From: a virus | DNA: 7,036 bases | Reading direction: 5' to 3' (one strand) | Virus genome (UHGV): UHGV-0439402 | Shown here: positions 5,158-7,036 of the stretch, piece by piece | How the letters are laid out: the number at the start of each line of letters is the position of its first letter | Position numbering within the stretch: position 1 is the first letter of the stretch | Notes under the pieces: generated by a model | What the model was told of the DNA's origin: nothing | The model's database searches: none | The model's input: the letters and a program-made list of their open reading frames with translations, nothing else | Made by a program: the position numbers and the translations under genes

Positions 5158-5173
5158 ATAGGAGGTGGTTTCT

Positions 5174-6511
5174 GTGAGGTGTAAACGCTTCATGGCTGTT
5201 CTTGTTGCGCTTTCCTTATCGGTACTGTTTGTCTTTCCTGCGTTTGCATCCGTTGCTACGCCTTCCAATGCCTTACCGTCTGAATCATATCTTGGTTTTG
5301 TTCAGTCATTGGACGAATATGCGGATGTTGCAACATCCAGTAATGCGACTCTATCTCAAGATTATATGGAAACGGATGGTTTTGACGCATTGGAAGCCCC
5401 TGTCCTTATGTCGTCTGGTGACGATTCCGTTGTTAATACGGTCAATCTTACCTCTGTCCAGATGTGTCTGTCTTATTATGATATGGCTGGGGTCATCCGT
5501 TATAAGGAGGTATGGTTGGATAAGAATGGTTATGCTTCCATGTCACTTCCTTCTGACTATGCATCACCTATATGGTTTGGTTTTGTCCTGCATAAAGGTG
5601 CATTACCTCCGGCTGGTAAATATAAGATGTCTGTACATTTTGGTAGTAACACTAACATTGTATATCAGTCCAGTTCCATCTGGTTTGGTGTCAGGCGTAA
5701 TAATGTAAGTCAGCAGGAATCCAATTATTATGTTGATGGTTATTACTCCTCTGGCGATTTTAGGCTTTCTACTGATTTATCCATTGGTGCTTCTACAAGC
5801 CAGCTTAATATATCTAATTTTTTGGCTTATGACTCTCCTGCACCGCCATATGGTGGCTATGTCAGCATTAATTTTACCCGTCTTTCCGGTGATGCGCCTG
5901 TACAGGGTGGTTCCCCTGATTCCGGCAATGTTGACCAGGACATTAACCAGAGTATTTCTAATAATACGGCCCAGCAGGTGGAACAGGGTGATACTATCAT
6001 CGAATTAATAAAAAATACCATTCAGACTATTTCTTCTCAGCTTACGGCTTTTTGGAATCAGCTTGCTGGAGAGTTCACTAATCTTTACAATAAAATGAAC
6101 CAGCAACATTCTGAGCAATTACAGGCCGACCGTCAAAATACAGACGATATGATAGCCGCTGGGGAATCGAATACCACGGACATTATCAATAACAACAACG
6201 CCAATACCGATAAAATCACCAACGGTTATGATAACTCTGGTATGCTCTCTGAGAATGACCGATTAAATAATTCCCTTGATGAATACCAGAAAAAAGAGGA
6301 TGAAGTTTTTAATCAGGCAAAGGATAAAGTCAACTCGTTTGAGTATGGCAATCACTTCGATAAGTTCACGGCTCCGCTGGCTGATATATCCTTTTTCCTT
6401 ACGGGTATCTATGATGGTTTGGGCTCCTTGAATGTTCCGATTGCGTTTGCTCTTACGTTGTCTGTATCTCTGCTTGCAATCGGTTACTATCGGTTTAAAT
6501 CTGGTAGTTAG
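5174..6511 (+). CDS. pIII-like adsorption/minor coat protein P1: signal peptide (MRCKRFMAVLVALSLSVLFVFPAFA|SVATPS), N-terminal domain, N/Q-rich probable coiled-coil, C-terminal TM anchor (…PIAFALTLSVSLLAIGYYRFKSGS). Listed ORF starts at GTG 5165, which abuts the SD; GTG 5174 or ATG 5192 more likely
   Basis: SD GGAGGTGG 5161-5168; type-I topology (leader + C-terminal anchor) as in g3p; shares the YY-SGxxxRLSTD motif and SVATPS leader junction with the other paralog. Confidence 0.7.
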   Translation: MRCKRFMAVLVALSLSVLFVFPAFASVATPSNALPSESYLGFVQSLDEYADVATSSNATLSQDYMETDGFDALEAPVLMSSGDDSVVNTVNLTSVQMCLSYYDMAGVIRYKEVWLDKNGYASMSLPSDYASPIWFGFVLHKGALPPAGKYKMSVHFGSNTNIVYQSSSIWFGVRRNNVSQQESNYYVDGYYSSGDFRLSTDLSIGASTSQLNISNFLAYDSPAPPYGGYVSINFTRLSGDAPVQGGSPDSGNVDQDINQSISNNTAQQVEQGDTIIELIKNTIQTISSQLTAFWNQLAGEFTNLYNKMNQQHSEQLQADRQNTDDMIAAGESNTTDIINNNNANTDKITNGYDNSGMLSENDRLNNSLDEYQKKEDEVFNQAKDKVNSFEYGNHFDKFTAPLADISFFLTGIYDGLGSLNVPIAFALTLSVSLLAIGYYRFKSGS

Positions 6512-6522
6512 GAGGTATCTAC

Positions 6523-6741
6523 ATGTTTAAGTTTTTTGAAGGAATTGTAGCTTTTTTAACAACCGCAATCAATTTCATTATCAACCTGTTTGAGATGGTT
6601 GTACAGGTGGTTGTAAACGTGGGTCGTGGCATTGCCTGGCTCTTCGCCTGCCTTTCCTATCTTCCATCCTGGCTGGTTGCGTTTCTGGCCGTCCCGGTTG
6701 CCCTGGCGGTTATATTCCAGATAATAAATAAGGGGTCTTGA
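6523..6741 (+). CDS. small integral membrane protein, 72 aa, two TM segments (pVI-like minor virion/assembly protein candidate)
   Basis: SD TAGGAGGT 6 nt before ATG; highly hydrophobic; stop overlaps start region of next ORF. Confidence 0.6.
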   Translation: MFKFFEGIVAFLTTAINFIINLFEMVVQVVVNVGRGIAWLFACLSYLPSWLVAFLAVPVALAVIFQIINKGS

Positions 6742-6743
6742 TT

Positions 6744-6983
6744 ATGCGTGAGGTGATTACGTTTTGTGTTAATATTTTGGTGCACATTGTAGAATGTTTG
6801 TTTGCTTTGGATATAGGAGGTTATAGCTTTGGTGATTTTCTTACGGCGTGTCTTGTTGTGTCGGTGTTCATATCTTCCCTTGTGGTATCCTTCAAGGGGG
6901 CCGGCGGTTCCCCTGGTTCCGCTGTCCGACCGCCCAGGCCGCATAAACAATCGAAGAGCCGTTCATCTGGTAAGCCTGATTAG
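6744..6983 (+). CDS. small membrane protein, 79 aa, two TM segments and basic Pro/Ser-rich C-tail (RPPRPHKQSKSRSSGKPD)
   Basis: ATG 6744 with AAGGGG upstream (listed ORF uses TTG 6738); TM + basic tail composition. Confidence 0.55.
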   Translation: MREVITFCVNILVHIVECLFALDIGGYSFGDFLTACLVVSVFISSLVVSFKGAGGSPGSAVRPPRPHKQSKSRSSGKPD

Positions 6984-6984
6984 T

Positions 6985-7036
6985 GTGTTCCTACTTATGT
7001 TTTCGGTTCCCGCTTATGCTTCGGTTGCTACGCCTT
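6985..7036 (+). CDS. 5' end (signal peptide MFLLMFSVPAYA|SVATP…) of a pIII-like gene truncated by the window end; in frame with 1..758
   Basis: GTG 6985 / ATG 6997 just after stop 6981-6983; nucleotide and peptide similarity to the 5174 ORF leader (gtctttcctgcgtttgcatccgttgctacgcctt vs cggttcccgcttatgcttcggttgctacgcctt). Confidence 0.5.
   Translation, partial: MFLLMFSVPAYASVATP

Noticed and set aside
6657-6950. 97-aa minus-strand ORF rich in Arg/Thr
   Set aside because: Antisense to the 79-aa membrane-protein gene; composition typical of antisense of a hydrophobic gene.
1-7036. Mollicutes (Plectroviridae) host with genetic code 4
   Set aside because: TGA is used as a bona fide stop for Zot, Rep, the leaderless coat and micro-ORFs; GC content is far above Spiroplasma/Acholeplasma levels; strong AGGAGG SDs.
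1-7036. Microviridae or eukaryotic CRESS-virus genome
   Set aside because: No jelly-roll capsid-sized ORF; instead Zot/pI, leader-bearing 50-60-aa coat proteins and pIII-like anchors indicate a filamentous phage; bacterial SD sequences throughout.

Overview
This window reads as a near-complete, probably circular (7,036 nt) ssDNA filamentous-phage-like replicon from a Gram-positive host (strong AGGAGG Shine-Dalgarno sites, no secretin gene). Standard genetic code: TGA is used as a stop.

Almost all genes are on the + strand.

(i) Inovirus-type morphogenesis module:
- two paralogous pIII-like adsorption/anchor proteins, each with an N-terminal signal peptide and a C-terminal TM anchor (one spans the window ends);
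- a run of very small hydrophobic proteins;
- two tandem, diverged copies of a major-coat-like protein, one with a cleavable leader (cleavage-site sequence PAFA, before Ser) and one leaderless, followed by a terminator hairpin;
- a Zot/pI-family assembly ATPase with clear similarity to M13 gene I product (Walker A GRKGSGKTT; LILVDEVG...WDNRNF).

(ii) Regulatory/replication module:
- a minus-strand ribbon-helix-helix regulator facing four imperfect-palindromic TATAKNSCTATA boxes;
- a small ORF;
- a gene-V-like candidate ssDNA-binding protein;
- a 340-nt intergenic region with an 11-bp-stem hairpin whose loop contains the canonical circovirus/nanovirus nonanucleotide TAGTATTAC, flanked by TGTCGC iterons;
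- a 332-aa CRESS-DNA-type Rep with all HUH motifs (I WQITINNP, II YHTHLYLQ, III YVSK) fused to an SF3 helicase (Walker A GDTGTGKT, Walker B VVIFEEF, motif C ISN).

The most notable feature is the chimera: an inovirus structural/assembly chassis driven by a circovirus-like Rep and stem-loop origin.
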